DNA from: a virus
Lineage: Duplodnaviria; Caudoviricetes
IMG/VR virus record: IMGVR_UViG_3300020185_001680
Location: 1,727 to 65,726 of that record
DNA: 64,000 nucleotides
Reading direction: 5' to 3' (one strand)
Below are positions 10,077 through 19,700 of this stretch, piece by piece. The notes under the pieces were generated by a model. That model saw only the letters and a program-made list of their open reading frames with translations. It was not told the DNA's origin and ran no database searches. Made by a program: the position numbers and the translations under genes. Position 1 is the first letter of the stretch. Each line of letters starts with the position of its first letter.

Positions 10077-10744
10077 AGTGATGCATAGTATTCCGACAGT
10101 CGTTCGGCCCACTTGTCGCAATACTCGTCAAACTGGTCACCTTGTATTACATATTGCTTGAAAGCAACATCTCTACTAACCATAAGTATAACACATTTTC
10201 TAATATTAGTGCCGTACATCTCATTGTGTGCTAACGCATAAGCACAACACTGTAAGTAGTAGTCCTGGATCCATTCTTCTTTTTTAATTTTCTTGCTAGT
10301 CTTGAAGTCAATAATTGCTTCTTCGCCATCATGTATTCCTACACAATCAGTTGTTCCAGCATAAAGACCAGGTGCAATTAAGCCAACTTCAGTGCCCCAT
10401 ACTTCATCGACATTGCCGAAGCCCTCATTAATCATTAGATTAGTCATATCCCTTGCAAGTATACTTACAAAGTTATTCCCTTTGATTTCGTAATCTTCAC
10501 TGAGGATATATTTTTCTAATGCATTATGTACCTTCGTACCTAAACCAGCACTTTCTTTACTGACACGATTTGCTTCAGCATCGCCTACACGTTTGCGCCA
10601 GGCTATCAAGGCTGTTTTGTCTGAAGTCTTATCTAATACTGTAGTTACACTTGGTACTGGTACATTATCATCACCGACATATTTCCTGCCTTCGGCAGTG
10701 GTAACTCTTTCTAATTTTTTATATTGTATCTTATCTATTAACAT
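10073..10744 (-). CDS. PD-(D/E)XK exonuclease (phage Cas4-like/exonuclease family)
   Basis: PSVTTVL, GTKVHNALE, E...YAGTTDC, IIDFKTS, YLQCCAYA. Start revised to MLIDKIQ (10744). Confidence 0.9.
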   Translation of the reverse strand: MLIDKIQYKKLERVTTAEGRKYVGDDNVPVPSVTTVLDKTSDKTALIAWRKRVGDAEANRVSKESAGLGTKVHNALEKYILSEDYEIKGNNFVSILARDMTNLMINEGFGNVDEVWGTEVGLIAPGLYAGTTDCVGIHDGEEAIIDFKTSKKIKKEEWIQDYYLQCCAYALAHNEMYGTNIRKCVILMVSRDVAFKQYVIQGDQFDEYCDKWAERLSEYYASL

Positions 10745-11375
10745 CAAATAATCCTGCAAAATTGTTGTGTGTTTGTTCGCCGTAATGTACATCATCAGCG
10801 GCTTTGTCTACTATTAAATCCTTATGTTCTTTTAAAAACCTTATACTGTTATAATTAATAAGTTGCAATTCAATATTGTTGATCTCGCAAAATGTTAATA
10901 AATGACTAACTGACCTACTATTATAGTACATTTTTGTATCTATGTCAATGTTTTTAAAATCTTCAAAACTTTTACTGTAAGGCATAAGTGCTTCTTGTTT
11001 ACCGTCTTTAAAAACTATAAGCCTTTCTCCATGTGGTGCAAACAACATTAACTTACTGTATTGTTTTTCTTTATATATTGCAAATGCAATATCTATCATA
11101 TCGTGAATAGTTGCTCCAGGTACTCCTGCATTATATGTATTTTCAAAATATGAGGGCCAAGGCTTGTTAACACCTATTCCAAAAGTATGGCTACAGCCAA
11201 CTGCTAAATTAAACCCATCAGAAAACTCACTTAATTCTTGTTCTCTATGCCAGAGACTGTTAAGTGTATATTCTATTGTATTTGATATATCTGTGAAAAA
11301 CTCTTTATGTACTACATACCTTTCATAGACTGTAGCACGACTCACAATGCCTTCCATTAAGTTCTGGATTTCCAT
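10731..11375 (-). CDS. SGNH/GDSL-like hydrolase-fold protein
   Basis: AVGCSHTFG, YNAGVPG, DDVHYG blocks; own late box 5 nt upstream of ATG. Confidence 0.6.
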   Translation of the reverse strand: MEIQNLMEGIVSRATVYERYVVHKEFFTDISNTIEYTLNSLWHREQELSEFSDGFNLAVGCSHTFGIGVNKPWPSYFENTYNAGVPGATIHDMIDIAFAIYKEKQYSKLMLFAPHGERLIVFKDGKQEALMPYSKSFEDFKNIDIDTKMYYNSRSVSHLLTFCEINNIELQLINYNSIRFLKEHKDLIVDKAADDVHYGEQTHNNFAGLFDVNR

Positions 11376-11394
11376 GCAAGTATTTAGTTATTGT

Positions 11395-11742
11395 TTATTG
11401 TGGGAGGTCAGTTTTTACGTCACCGAGTGCTTGGTCGTTTGCCATAGCACCTACGTCAACCGCATCGTCTTGCTCTGCGTCTGGGTCAACTGTGTCGTTT
11501 GGTATTTTGCCTTTGGGAACAATACTGTTTTCATCTGCACTACTAACGACATCCATGTCGTTAAGTGCTTTGACAAGTTCATCCGTGCTCATCAAAAATC
11601 CATCGTCTGCGAGGCTCTTACGGAACTCTTCCGTTGGTATCTCACTAACGTCGGACCCAACTTGCTGTGCTATTCTATCACTTATAGCAAGTTGTAAGTC
11701 ATCGAAGTATAGTTCGAAGAGTAATACTTCGTTAATTTTCAT
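11395..11742 (-). CDS. Acidic hypothetical protein, putative head/internal protein
   Basis: 115 aa, leader MKINEVLLFE. Confidence 0.65.
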   Translation of the reverse strand: MKINEVLLFELYFDDLQLAISDRIAQQVGSDVSEIPTEEFRKSLADDGFLMSTDELVKALNDMDVVSSADENSIVPKGKIPNDTVDPDAEQDDAVDVGAMANDQALGDVKTDLPQ

Positions 11743-13026
11743 TTAAAGCTCTACTGGTGCTCTACCTAGTGGCTCATCTTCTGGGCCAGCCGCGGCAGGT
11801 ACATTATCCAATGCAGGTTCTTCACCGCCTAATGCAGGTTCTTCTTCACCGCCTAATCCAGGCTCCATTCCAGGTTCAGCACCTAACATGCTTCCATCAC
11901 CTGTACCAGTTAATCCAGCAATAACTCCGTCAAGTCCATCTTTACCTGCTTTGTTACTGTCTAGTACTGCTGTTAAAGTTTGTTCCATTGTCTGCTTCAT
12001 TTGAACAGCCTGTTCTGCACCAAACTCTGATTTCATTTGATCTAATATAGCAGGAAGATCTTCATTAATCATTCTGCCAACTCTTTCAACGTGGTCTTGT
12101 ACATCGTCTGCTAAGGCTCTAAGTGCCATAACAACTTCTGCTTGTTCTACTTCTACTTCTTCATTAATCATTTCATCAATGATATCGTCAAACATGCTTT
12201 CTTTAGCGTCTTGTTTCTTTTCGTCTTTTGTGTCGCCAGTTACTGTGAATTCTTCGCCGTCTACTTCAAAAGAATCTTTACCTTGTGCAATAGCGTCTTT
12301 TCTAGCACCTGTAAATTTATTTTGTTCTGCAACTTTTTTACCAAACATTTGAATACCGTTTGCAACTGCATCTTCTTCTAAACCGTTTAGGAAGCCAACA
12401 ACTGAGTCTCTGCTCTTGCCACTTACTTCTGCAAACATATTTAATTTTTCTTCAATTGCCTTTAATGCTTCAACATTGTCTATTTCCATTCCAACTTCTT
12501 TCGCCATTTCTTGGAACAAGTATTCATTGATATCTGTCTCAGGAAATGCTTCAGCAACTTCTTCGCTCATTGAGCTACATGCTTCCATGTAATCTTTAGC
12601 CGCTTTAAGTACGATCGGTAAAACAAATTCATCGTCATGTGCATATCGGGAATCTTTACGGAATTTGTTCATACATTCTTTACTTGCTTCGTCCATTGTG
12701 TAACCGCCGTCCATTAAGTCTTTAACTTCAGTAGTAATACCTGCTTTCATTTCTTGCATTGCAGGACTTTCAGCGTATACGCCTTCGTTAATCATCACGT
12801 CAATAATATCTCTAACGCCTAAAAACTTTGCGTATTCTGGATCTAAGTTAAACTTACGATTTGTGTTTCGTAATCTAACGAGCGTTTGCTCTGCTTTTTC
12901 TTTAATGCTTTCAAGTTTGCCTTTACTGTGCAAACCTTTTACTTGCACACCGTGAGCCTCTTTCAGATATGAATTAATTTCTTTAATCCTTTTCTGAGGC
13001 GTTTGGTTAAAATTTGTTATTTTCAT
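11743..13026 (-). CDS. Acidic helical protein, candidate prohead core/scaffold protein
   Basis: 427 aa, Glu-rich, several internal INE sites, Gly/Pro/Glu C-terminal tail; late box at 13060-13067. Function inferred. Confidence 0.5.
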   Translation of the reverse strand: MKITNFNQTPQKRIKEINSYLKEAHGVQVKGLHSKGKLESIKEKAEQTLVRLRNTNRKFNLDPEYAKFLGVRDIIDVMINEGVYAESPAMQEMKAGITTEVKDLMDGGYTMDEASKECMNKFRKDSRYAHDDEFVLPIVLKAAKDYMEACSSMSEEVAEAFPETDINEYLFQEMAKEVGMEIDNVEALKAIEEKLNMFAEVSGKSRDSVVGFLNGLEEDAVANGIQMFGKKVAEQNKFTGARKDAIAQGKDSFEVDGEEFTVTGDTKDEKKQDAKESMFDDIIDEMINEEVEVEQAEVVMALRALADDVQDHVERVGRMINEDLPAILDQMKSEFGAEQAVQMKQTMEQTLTAVLDSNKAGKDGLDGVIAGLTGTGDGSMLGAEPGMEPGLGGEEEPALGGEEPALDNVPAAAGPEDEPLGRAPVEL

Positions 13027-13102
13027 GTTCTTTCCCGATAAAAGTTAAATTGTTATTTGTATTTATCAAAAACTTATAAAAACAGTATAAAAAAATAAGC
13101 CG

Positions 13103-13573
13103 TTAGTAAGAACTATGTATGTGGGAATGTAAATGGTCTTTACAATGACGTAAATGCATCATTGACATGTCTGCTCTACTCTCTACAACATAGAATTTTT
13201 CGCTATCTTTAGTAGTACGCATAGTGTGTCTATAAAACACTAAATCGTTGTAATGCTTTGCTACCTCATCTTGATACTTGAAAATAGCAGAGTTAATTAA
13301 ATGTATTGTGGGATTAAGTTTTTTTGTGGGAGTAGACTTTAGTGTTGTTACTATTGTTCTTGCTGTTTCCGGCAAATAAACATCTTTACATACTATTTTT
13401 TTGTTAGTAGCATTAATAATATCAAACAACCCTTCTTTTGTTTTCACAGAGAAGTATAAACCTTTAGCCAAGACATTTTTAGTTGCTGTTTCCAACTTCT
13501 TAGCAACTTGTTTTTTGTCTAGGTTAGTCGTTTTTTTGTGCGACTGCTTTGTACTTTGCTTTGCCATTATCAT
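13103..13573 (-). CDS. Hypothetical protein
   Basis: 156-aa ORF overlapping the upstream gene end. Confidence 0.65.
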   Translation of the reverse strand: MIMAKQSTKQSHKKTTNLDKKQVAKKLETATKNVLAKGLYFSVKTKEGLFDIINATNKKIVCKDVYLPETARTIVTTLKSTPTKKLNPTIHLINSAIFKYQDEVAKHYNDLVFYRHTMRTTKDSEKFYVVESRADMSMMHLRHCKDHLHSHIHSSY

Positions 13574-13739
13574 TTACTCTTAATACTAATCCACGTTGTC
13601 TTAATTGTTGGGCTGTATATAACTCATTTTCATTAAGCTCATACTCGTATATACCTTTTTCATGTGATAATTTGTCAAAGAAGTGAAATTCTTTCGAACT
13701 TACTACGGTGGGTCCATTCTTAGATGCTAAAATTCTCAT
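13524..13739 (-). CDS. Hypothetical protein
   Basis: 71-aa ORF starting 1 nt after the previous stop. Confidence 0.65.
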   Translation of the reverse strand: MRILASKNGPTVVSSKEFHFFDKLSHEKGIYEYELNENELYTAQQLRQRGLVLRVNDNGKAKYKAVAQKND

Positions 13740-13740
13740 G

Positions 13741-13941
13741 CTACCTCTTAATTAGTGTAGATTCTTTTTTAGTCTTAGGGCCTGGCTTCTTATGAGCCCA
13801 CTTAGTTTTCTTGGGCTTCTTTGGACGTTGGGCTATACGCTGTGCGTCATTGGCAATTGGCTTTATTACTGTTGCAACTGCGCCGGCGCTCATGCCTCCA
13901 ACTGATGCTGTTTCGTTTATTATAATATCTGAAATCTTCAT
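13741..13941 (-). CDS. Small basic protein with putative capsid-targeting leader
   Basis: MKISDIIINE-TASVGGMSAGAVATV... then a Lys/Pro-rich tail; GATAAATA 5 nt upstream of ATG. Confidence 0.7.
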   Translation of the reverse strand: MKISDIIINETASVGGMSAGAVATVIKPIANDAQRIAQRPKKPKKTKWAHKKPGPKTKKESTLIKR

Positions 13942-13959
13942 ACTGTTATTTATCTTTCT

Positions 13960-15213
13960 TTAAAAGATTTTAGTAAAATCTGTATACACTTTTAGCCAGT
14001 CGCTTGTATCTTTTCTAATATTTTCTAAAATGAATGTACAATTGTCTTGAAATATGTTATAATTATGTTCAGCACATTCAATACTTTGCTCAACTACGTC
14101 TTGCCACATAGCAGGATTGTCCTTTTTCATTTGTAATATTTCTAAATTATCCACCAACATATCAATTTTGTGTATAATGTTTGTTTCAGTATCATATAAT
14201 TGCATATTGTCAAACAAATGGTCGTATGTTTTATATCCCATTTGTTGTAAATGTTGATTTATACGGTTTGGGCCAAGCAATATAAACGGTTGCTTTTGTA
14301 TGATAGGCTTAAAAACTTTTTCAGTAAAGTATAAACAATTGCCTACGGTGGATTCTGTTATTAATTGTATGTCGCAGTCAAACATGTTAGCATAAAACGT
14401 ACTACTATTACTCATAGTTCTCATATGGACAATATCGTCATCTCTGTCATCAAACTTTATAGGGTAATTTTGCGACAATGCTTCTAAATAATTAACACCT
14501 TTTTGTATGTCTGCAATACTTGTAAGATTTTTACTAAAGTATTCCATTGTGTTTGCTGTAATTTTTTCAAAAGGCACATCTGGACTGCTTAGTATATTAT
14601 CTTGTAGCCTGTGCTTTATAAATGCTCCTAATAATAATGCTCTGTGTGGCTTGGGTGCATTGTTTAAGCAATTAAATAAATGTGTTTTAGGTGTGCTAAA
14701 ATCAAATTCATCGTTAATTTCTAACTCAAGCATTGTGTCTTCTTTATAATTCCTAGTGTATAGCACATCAAAAGTGTCGTAGTTAAACGTTTTAAATATA
14801 TCTGCTATATTGACGCAACTATTACCGTAAAACACTGTAGTGAGCTTGTATGACTGTGTAACTTGGTGAATAAACTCGAATATGTCCTTATCGCAATGCC
14901 CTTCTGCCCCATTCTCAAACAGAACTATTGCATGTGGGTTGTTTGTTATAAACTTAGGTATTAGTAAATGTTCAGTGTTGTACTGTTGCCATGTGTTAAA
15001 AATTACACTGGAATCGAATCCGTCTAGACTAATCACATACAATACAGGTTCCATTAAGTAAACAGGTTGATCTTTATGATTAGGGTGTGTCCAATTAAAA
15101 CATTCGTTCATTGCAAATATAGATTCACGTGAAGTTGCTGGTACATGAGACACATCAAGGCCACAGTCTTGCATAAATTGTTTAAATGGATTATGGATGT
15201 CCGCTATAAGCAT
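13960..15213 (-). CDS. Glycosyltransferase-like protein (paralog 1)
   Basis: FNCLNNAPKPHR...LITES...FTEKVFKPIIQKQPFILLG...LQQMGYKTYDHLFD..YD, a GT-B-like C-terminal signature shared with 27005-28213 and 45247-46245. Confidence 0.6.
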   Translation of the reverse strand: MLIADIHNPFKQFMQDCGLDVSHVPATSRESIFAMNECFNWTHPNHKDQPVYLMEPVLYVISLDGFDSSVIFNTWQQYNTEHLLIPKFITNNPHAIVLFENGAEGHCDKDIFEFIHQVTQSYKLTTVFYGNSCVNIADIFKTFNYDTFDVLYTRNYKEDTMLELEINDEFDFSTPKTHLFNCLNNAPKPHRALLLGAFIKHRLQDNILSSPDVPFEKITANTMEYFSKNLTSIADIQKGVNYLEALSQNYPIKFDDRDDDIVHMRTMSNSSTFYANMFDCDIQLITESTVGNCLYFTEKVFKPIIQKQPFILLGPNRINQHLQQMGYKTYDHLFDNMQLYDTETNIIHKIDMLVDNLEILQMKKDNPAMWQDVVEQSIECAEHNYNIFQDNCTFILENIRKDTSDWLKVYTDFTKIF

Positions 15214-15225
15214 AGCAGTATTTAA

Positions 15226-16719
15226 CTATTTCTTTTTCTTACCGGACTTCATGTTGGCACACCAGTGGTACATTTTTGACTTCTCTCCACTGCTGTCTTT
15301 TGCTTTTTTGCGTAGACTTGTAACTGAACCATCACAACTAGCGCCAGACTTCTTTACTCTGCCTGGACGACTTTTGCCTTTCACTTTGCCGTCAGCAAAG
15401 TTTTCGTCTAAAATTTCATCCGGTACTTCAAATTGCCATACAGTTGCTTGACCTTTATCATGCATCATTGCTGTAAGCCTAGTGTTACCGCCTATCAATT
15501 CCTTGTGCCCATCACTGTAAACAGCCACAATAGGCATTTCTACTTTACCACTTTTTAATTGTGCTGTTGCACGTTTTTGTTTTTGTGGATCCAATGTTTT
15601 AAAACTGTCAACATCTGCCGCATCTGTGTTGTTGATATCTTTGGCGCTCACAATAGTTGTTGCTTTTCCTTTACTAGCAAGTTCGACCCAACCGTCTTTG
15701 CCTAATTTTTTAAACTCTGGATAACGTTGTGCTTCATCCCATTCCACATCAAACTGTGGCTTATTCATTTTTGTTTCCAACAGATTCTTAAAGTAATTTT
15801 CTGCCATTACTGCTCTGTCACTTGTGGTGTGGTCAAATGCTTTCATTACGTCTTCAATGTCTGCATCTATCATTATAGTTTTTACTTTCTTAATACCTAA
15901 TACATTGGCGGCATCAAATCTATGATGGCCATTAATAAGGTATCCTTTCTTATCTACTATAAACGGCTTGTCTTCGTTGTTTAAAAATACATCCTGAGAC
16001 TTCTTTGCTAATCCGTCTACACGCTGAGTCTGTACAGGCTTAATTTTGTCTATGCTCATTGTTCCTTCTTTGTACTTGAACTCTGAGCCTACTAAATGTT
16101 TTCTTTTAATTTGTGGTAATTGATTTCTATCAAATGTTTTCTCATATACTGGTCTAGTATAACTTTCTTCTACGCTCTTTCTTAAACGTACAACTCCACA
16201 TGCTAACCTATCACCTGCGTTACCTGTTTTAAGACTTTCTTCATCTCCGCCTGTGCCTAAGTCATCTTCATCAGCATGTATAACTATTGCTCTACCAACA
16301 ATACTTCTGTCGCCGCTTAGGTCAATACGCCTTGCAACAATTTTAAATCTTGCTATACCATCGTCATTGGCAACTATGTTTCCTAAATCACCTATATGCC
16401 CGTCTGATAAGCCGCCATGGTCAACACCTTCTGGATTGTAATGCCCACCAGCACTTTCACAACCTTTACTAAGGTCCCCAAATTCATGTACATGGAATCC
16501 GTGCTTGCCTGATGTAAGTCCTTTTATTATACCTCGTATAATAGTAGGCTTGCCGGGGTCTTGTTTCATAACTATAGCACCACTGATATCGCCTTCAGTG
16601 TGTTCTAGTTGTACAACTGCTTTAACTACTTCCTGTGCTTCTTGTATAGCACTTAAACTACTGCACTCGCAAGTCTTTGCTTTTGTTCGTGGACAACTTG
16701 TAAAGTTTGTCGTTCTCAC
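15226..16719 (-). CDS. sodC: Cu/Zn superoxide dismutase fused to two ParB/Srx-like domains and a basic C-terminal module
   Basis: GFHVHEFGD, GCESAGGHYNP, DHG, GHIGDLGNI, SIVGRAIVIH, GNAGDRLACG (all metal ligands and Arg present); PFIVDKKGYLINGHHRFDAA and MPIVAVYSDGHKELIGGNTRLTA are ParB-like motifs. Confidence 0.9.
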   Translation of the reverse strand: MRTTNFTSCPRTKAKTCECSSLSAIQEAQEVVKAVVQLEHTEGDISGAIVMKQDPGKPTIIRGIIKGLTSGKHGFHVHEFGDLSKGCESAGGHYNPEGVDHGGLSDGHIGDLGNIVANDDGIARFKIVARRIDLSGDRSIVGRAIVIHADEDDLGTGGDEESLKTGNAGDRLACGVVRLRKSVEESYTRPVYEKTFDRNQLPQIKRKHLVGSEFKYKEGTMSIDKIKPVQTQRVDGLAKKSQDVFLNNEDKPFIVDKKGYLINGHHRFDAANVLGIKKVKTIMIDADIEDVMKAFDHTTSDRAVMAENYFKNLLETKMNKPQFDVEWDEAQRYPEFKKLGKDGWVELASKGKATTIVSAKDINNTDAADVDSFKTLDPQKQKRATAQLKSGKVEMPIVAVYSDGHKELIGGNTRLTAMMHDKGQATVWQFEVPDEILDENFADGKVKGKSRPGRVKKSGASCDGSVTSLRKKAKDSSGEKSKMYHWCANMKSGKKKK

Positions 16720-19700
16720 TATAGTACACCTTTGTTAAGACTTAACTGAGCCCATTGCTCTCTACCAGCGCCTGCTTGTGTTGGTATAACACTAATTGAC
16801 GTTGACATTGAATGTCCGCTACGTCTAAATGCAATCAAATCTTTTTCATTCTTAATCATTGCAGTTTTCATATTAGGTATACTTATTAGCAATAGCCCGT
16901 CAAAATCATCTCTGTCCTTATACCATAAGAAGTTTTGTGTTAAGTAAACATTTTCAAGTTGGGTTATATCCGTCTGCGTTGCTATAGCATCACATAATGG
17001 GCCAGCATAGCCTTCCATATCCATTGTGAATAGTTCCTGTGCTATTGCTTTTCTTACTTTCTGATTATTTACATCAGTTGCTGGTAAGTCTACGTTCAAA
17101 CCGTTTATAAATTTAGTCCAACCTAAACTTCCACCTTGTCCGCCAATGGATGACATAACAGTTGGAATGTATTCTGCGTACTTGTCGATAACTGCTCTCT
17201 TAGCCTTTTGACTTCCGCCGCCGTAACCAATTCTTCCGCCTGTGCTACTAGTAGCCGCTTTAAGTTCTACTTTGCCTATGCCCTTGATCTCCAAGTCACC
17301 TTCACCTTCTGCAAGGCTAATCTGATTACTTAAACATGCCAAGCCATATTCACCTGGACCTTTTTGGTTAACACCAACACCATATGATGTTAATGCCCTA
17401 AAGGCTGATATAGATATATCATCTCCGAACACTGCTTGGAAACTGTTAATAGGTTTGTCTAACTCTTTAATGTTTACTACAGTGCCTTGTTTCTCTAAAC
17501 GTGCTATGAAGCCGCTCATTGTGCCGTAGTCGCTGTCTAGTCCGCCGATTATCCTTGTTACATCTTGTATAACTTTTGATTTTTGCTTATCTGATAGTGG
17601 CTCGTCCATTAATGGAAAACTAAATGCTTTGTCTAAGGTTTTACCAATATGGTCACTGTTAAGTAATTTGTAAATTCTATCTAGTATATTAGCATGTTGC
17701 TCATTGCTGGCATCTAGTCCGCTAATAGTTTTAATAATAGTATCTTTTTCAACACCTAAGTCAGTATACTCGTTAATTAGTTTAGTAACGTGCTGTTTGC
17801 TCCATTCAGTCATTCTAATTTTTGCTTTTGTTTCGTCGGGTAAAACACCTACAAACATTTGCAATATGTTTCTAGCACATGCATCATCGCCTGCTTCAGC
17901 TCTTAGTTGTCTAAAATGATCTAACATTGCAGGTACAGGAATCGCCTGGTAGGCTAACATCTGTTTTTTAAGATCTCCTACTGGAAAATGATCTGACATT
18001 AATCTGTTAATAGTATCTACTTGTTTAAAGTCTGGTACACTTTCTTCGATATTAGCATGGCTCATATTTCGATCATGTACATATGAACCAGGGTCTTTTT
18101 CAAATTCTTTATCTTTAATTTTTTTAAGATCCCTTTGATCTTTAGTAAAACCTTTATTGTTAAATCCAAACGAACCTTTAGGCTTTCTGCCAATCTGAGG
18201 AATTTTCTTTATACTTTTAATCCCTAACTCTTTTTTGCTGACATCTTTTCCGTTGCCTAATTTCCTTCTGACACCATATGTACTCTGTGCTATCACTTCT
18301 TCAGTTCTACCATCTTTGTATGATACTTTCCATTTATGGTATCCACTAGGTAAATCATCTTTGTTTTCGTAAAGTTTATCAATTTTGTCTTTGCTAACTT
18401 TATTAATAATATTAATTTGCTCTTCTAATGGCAAACCGTCGAATTCATCGAATGCATTTTCTTTATTCATTTTCCATACCGTTGCTGATGTTGGACTAAA
18501 AGGTTCACCATCTGGGCCCTTTGCTACATCTGGTGTAACTAATGGAGCAAAGTTAGGTTCTCTACCGTCGCCCAATTCATCAGTGAACTCTACTCCTCTT
18601 TTTTGTAGTATTTGCTTAATGTTAGATTCGTTATAAGATACAAAATGGTCAAATACACTTTCGTAATCGTAGCCGTATTTGTTTATAAATCTAGTTTTCA
18701 TTTCCTCAGCAACTGGCCATCTCCAGTTATCTTTATATTTTTCTGGATTATTTAATATTTCAATAGCATCTCTAATTGCACTGCTGTGTGCCCAGGGCAT
18801 AATTAGTATATCCTTGTATTGAGTTGCATGAATTGAACCAGGCTGTTGAAGTCTGGAAGTTAATTCTCTTTCGCCTAGTGTACTAAGCTCTTTAGCAAAT
18901 TCTTTTTTGACCATTACGTCACCACCAAAACTAAATGCTTTTATCTTAGCAATTGATGGATCGCCATGTTTCTTCATAAACTGTTTTTGTTTTTTAGGAA
19001 GTTGTTTTTTCTTGTCAACATCAATACCAGTACTATCAAAGCCTAACTCTTTGCCGAGCTTGTCTACTGTGTTTATAAACTTAGATATAGCATCAGTTCT
19101 AGTCTTAATTAGTTCAGGCAGTTTGCCTCTAGTAAATACGTCAGCACCATACTTTGCTTTAGCAAGATGATTTCTTTCGAATACATCATTTAAATATGTT
19201 TGTAGTTGTTGCTGTACTTGAATTAAAGGAGTTTCAGAAAAAGGATCTGCTCCAGCTGGGTTTGCCAACTGTCTAGCAATTGTTGTCAATGTTTCTGCTT
19301 GTGACGATCTCATACCAAAGTAATCTAGACCATCTTGTGACATACCGTGAGCCTCATCACCTTTTAATGAAGGGTCCATTTCTGGCATCATTTTATCTGT
19401 GGCTTGTACCGCTGATAATAATTCTGTTAAAGATTTACTTACAACCTTTAGCATATCGTAGTGTTGTGCTGGTTGCACATCTTTCATACGTTGTATTTCT
19501 TCAAATCTCTTTCTTAAGTTAATTTGCATTTTACTAAGTGCATTATCTGTATAAGAATCATCTCCGCTTACTTGTGGGTTATGACCTTTCTTAACTGGGT
19601 GGTTCCACTCTTCATAATCTGCTAAGTGAGTGAGTAATTTCTTTAGTCCTGCTTTATTAACTGGAGAGCCTACTGGAAACCAACTGTTGTCACTATTAAT

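Noticed and set aside
10073-10744. Cas4/CRISPR system
   Set aside because: Stand-alone phage PD-(D/E)XK exonuclease without the Fe-S Cys cluster; no repeat-spacer array or other cas gene seen.
11810-11857. Short direct repeat AATGCAGGTTCTTCACCGCCT
   Set aside because: In-frame coding duplication (GGEEPAL) in a low-complexity tail.
16185-16630. Eukaryotic contamination explaining the SOD1-like domain
   Set aside because: The domain is in frame within a phage-style fusion, has the same AT-rich composition and is coupled to its neighbours.
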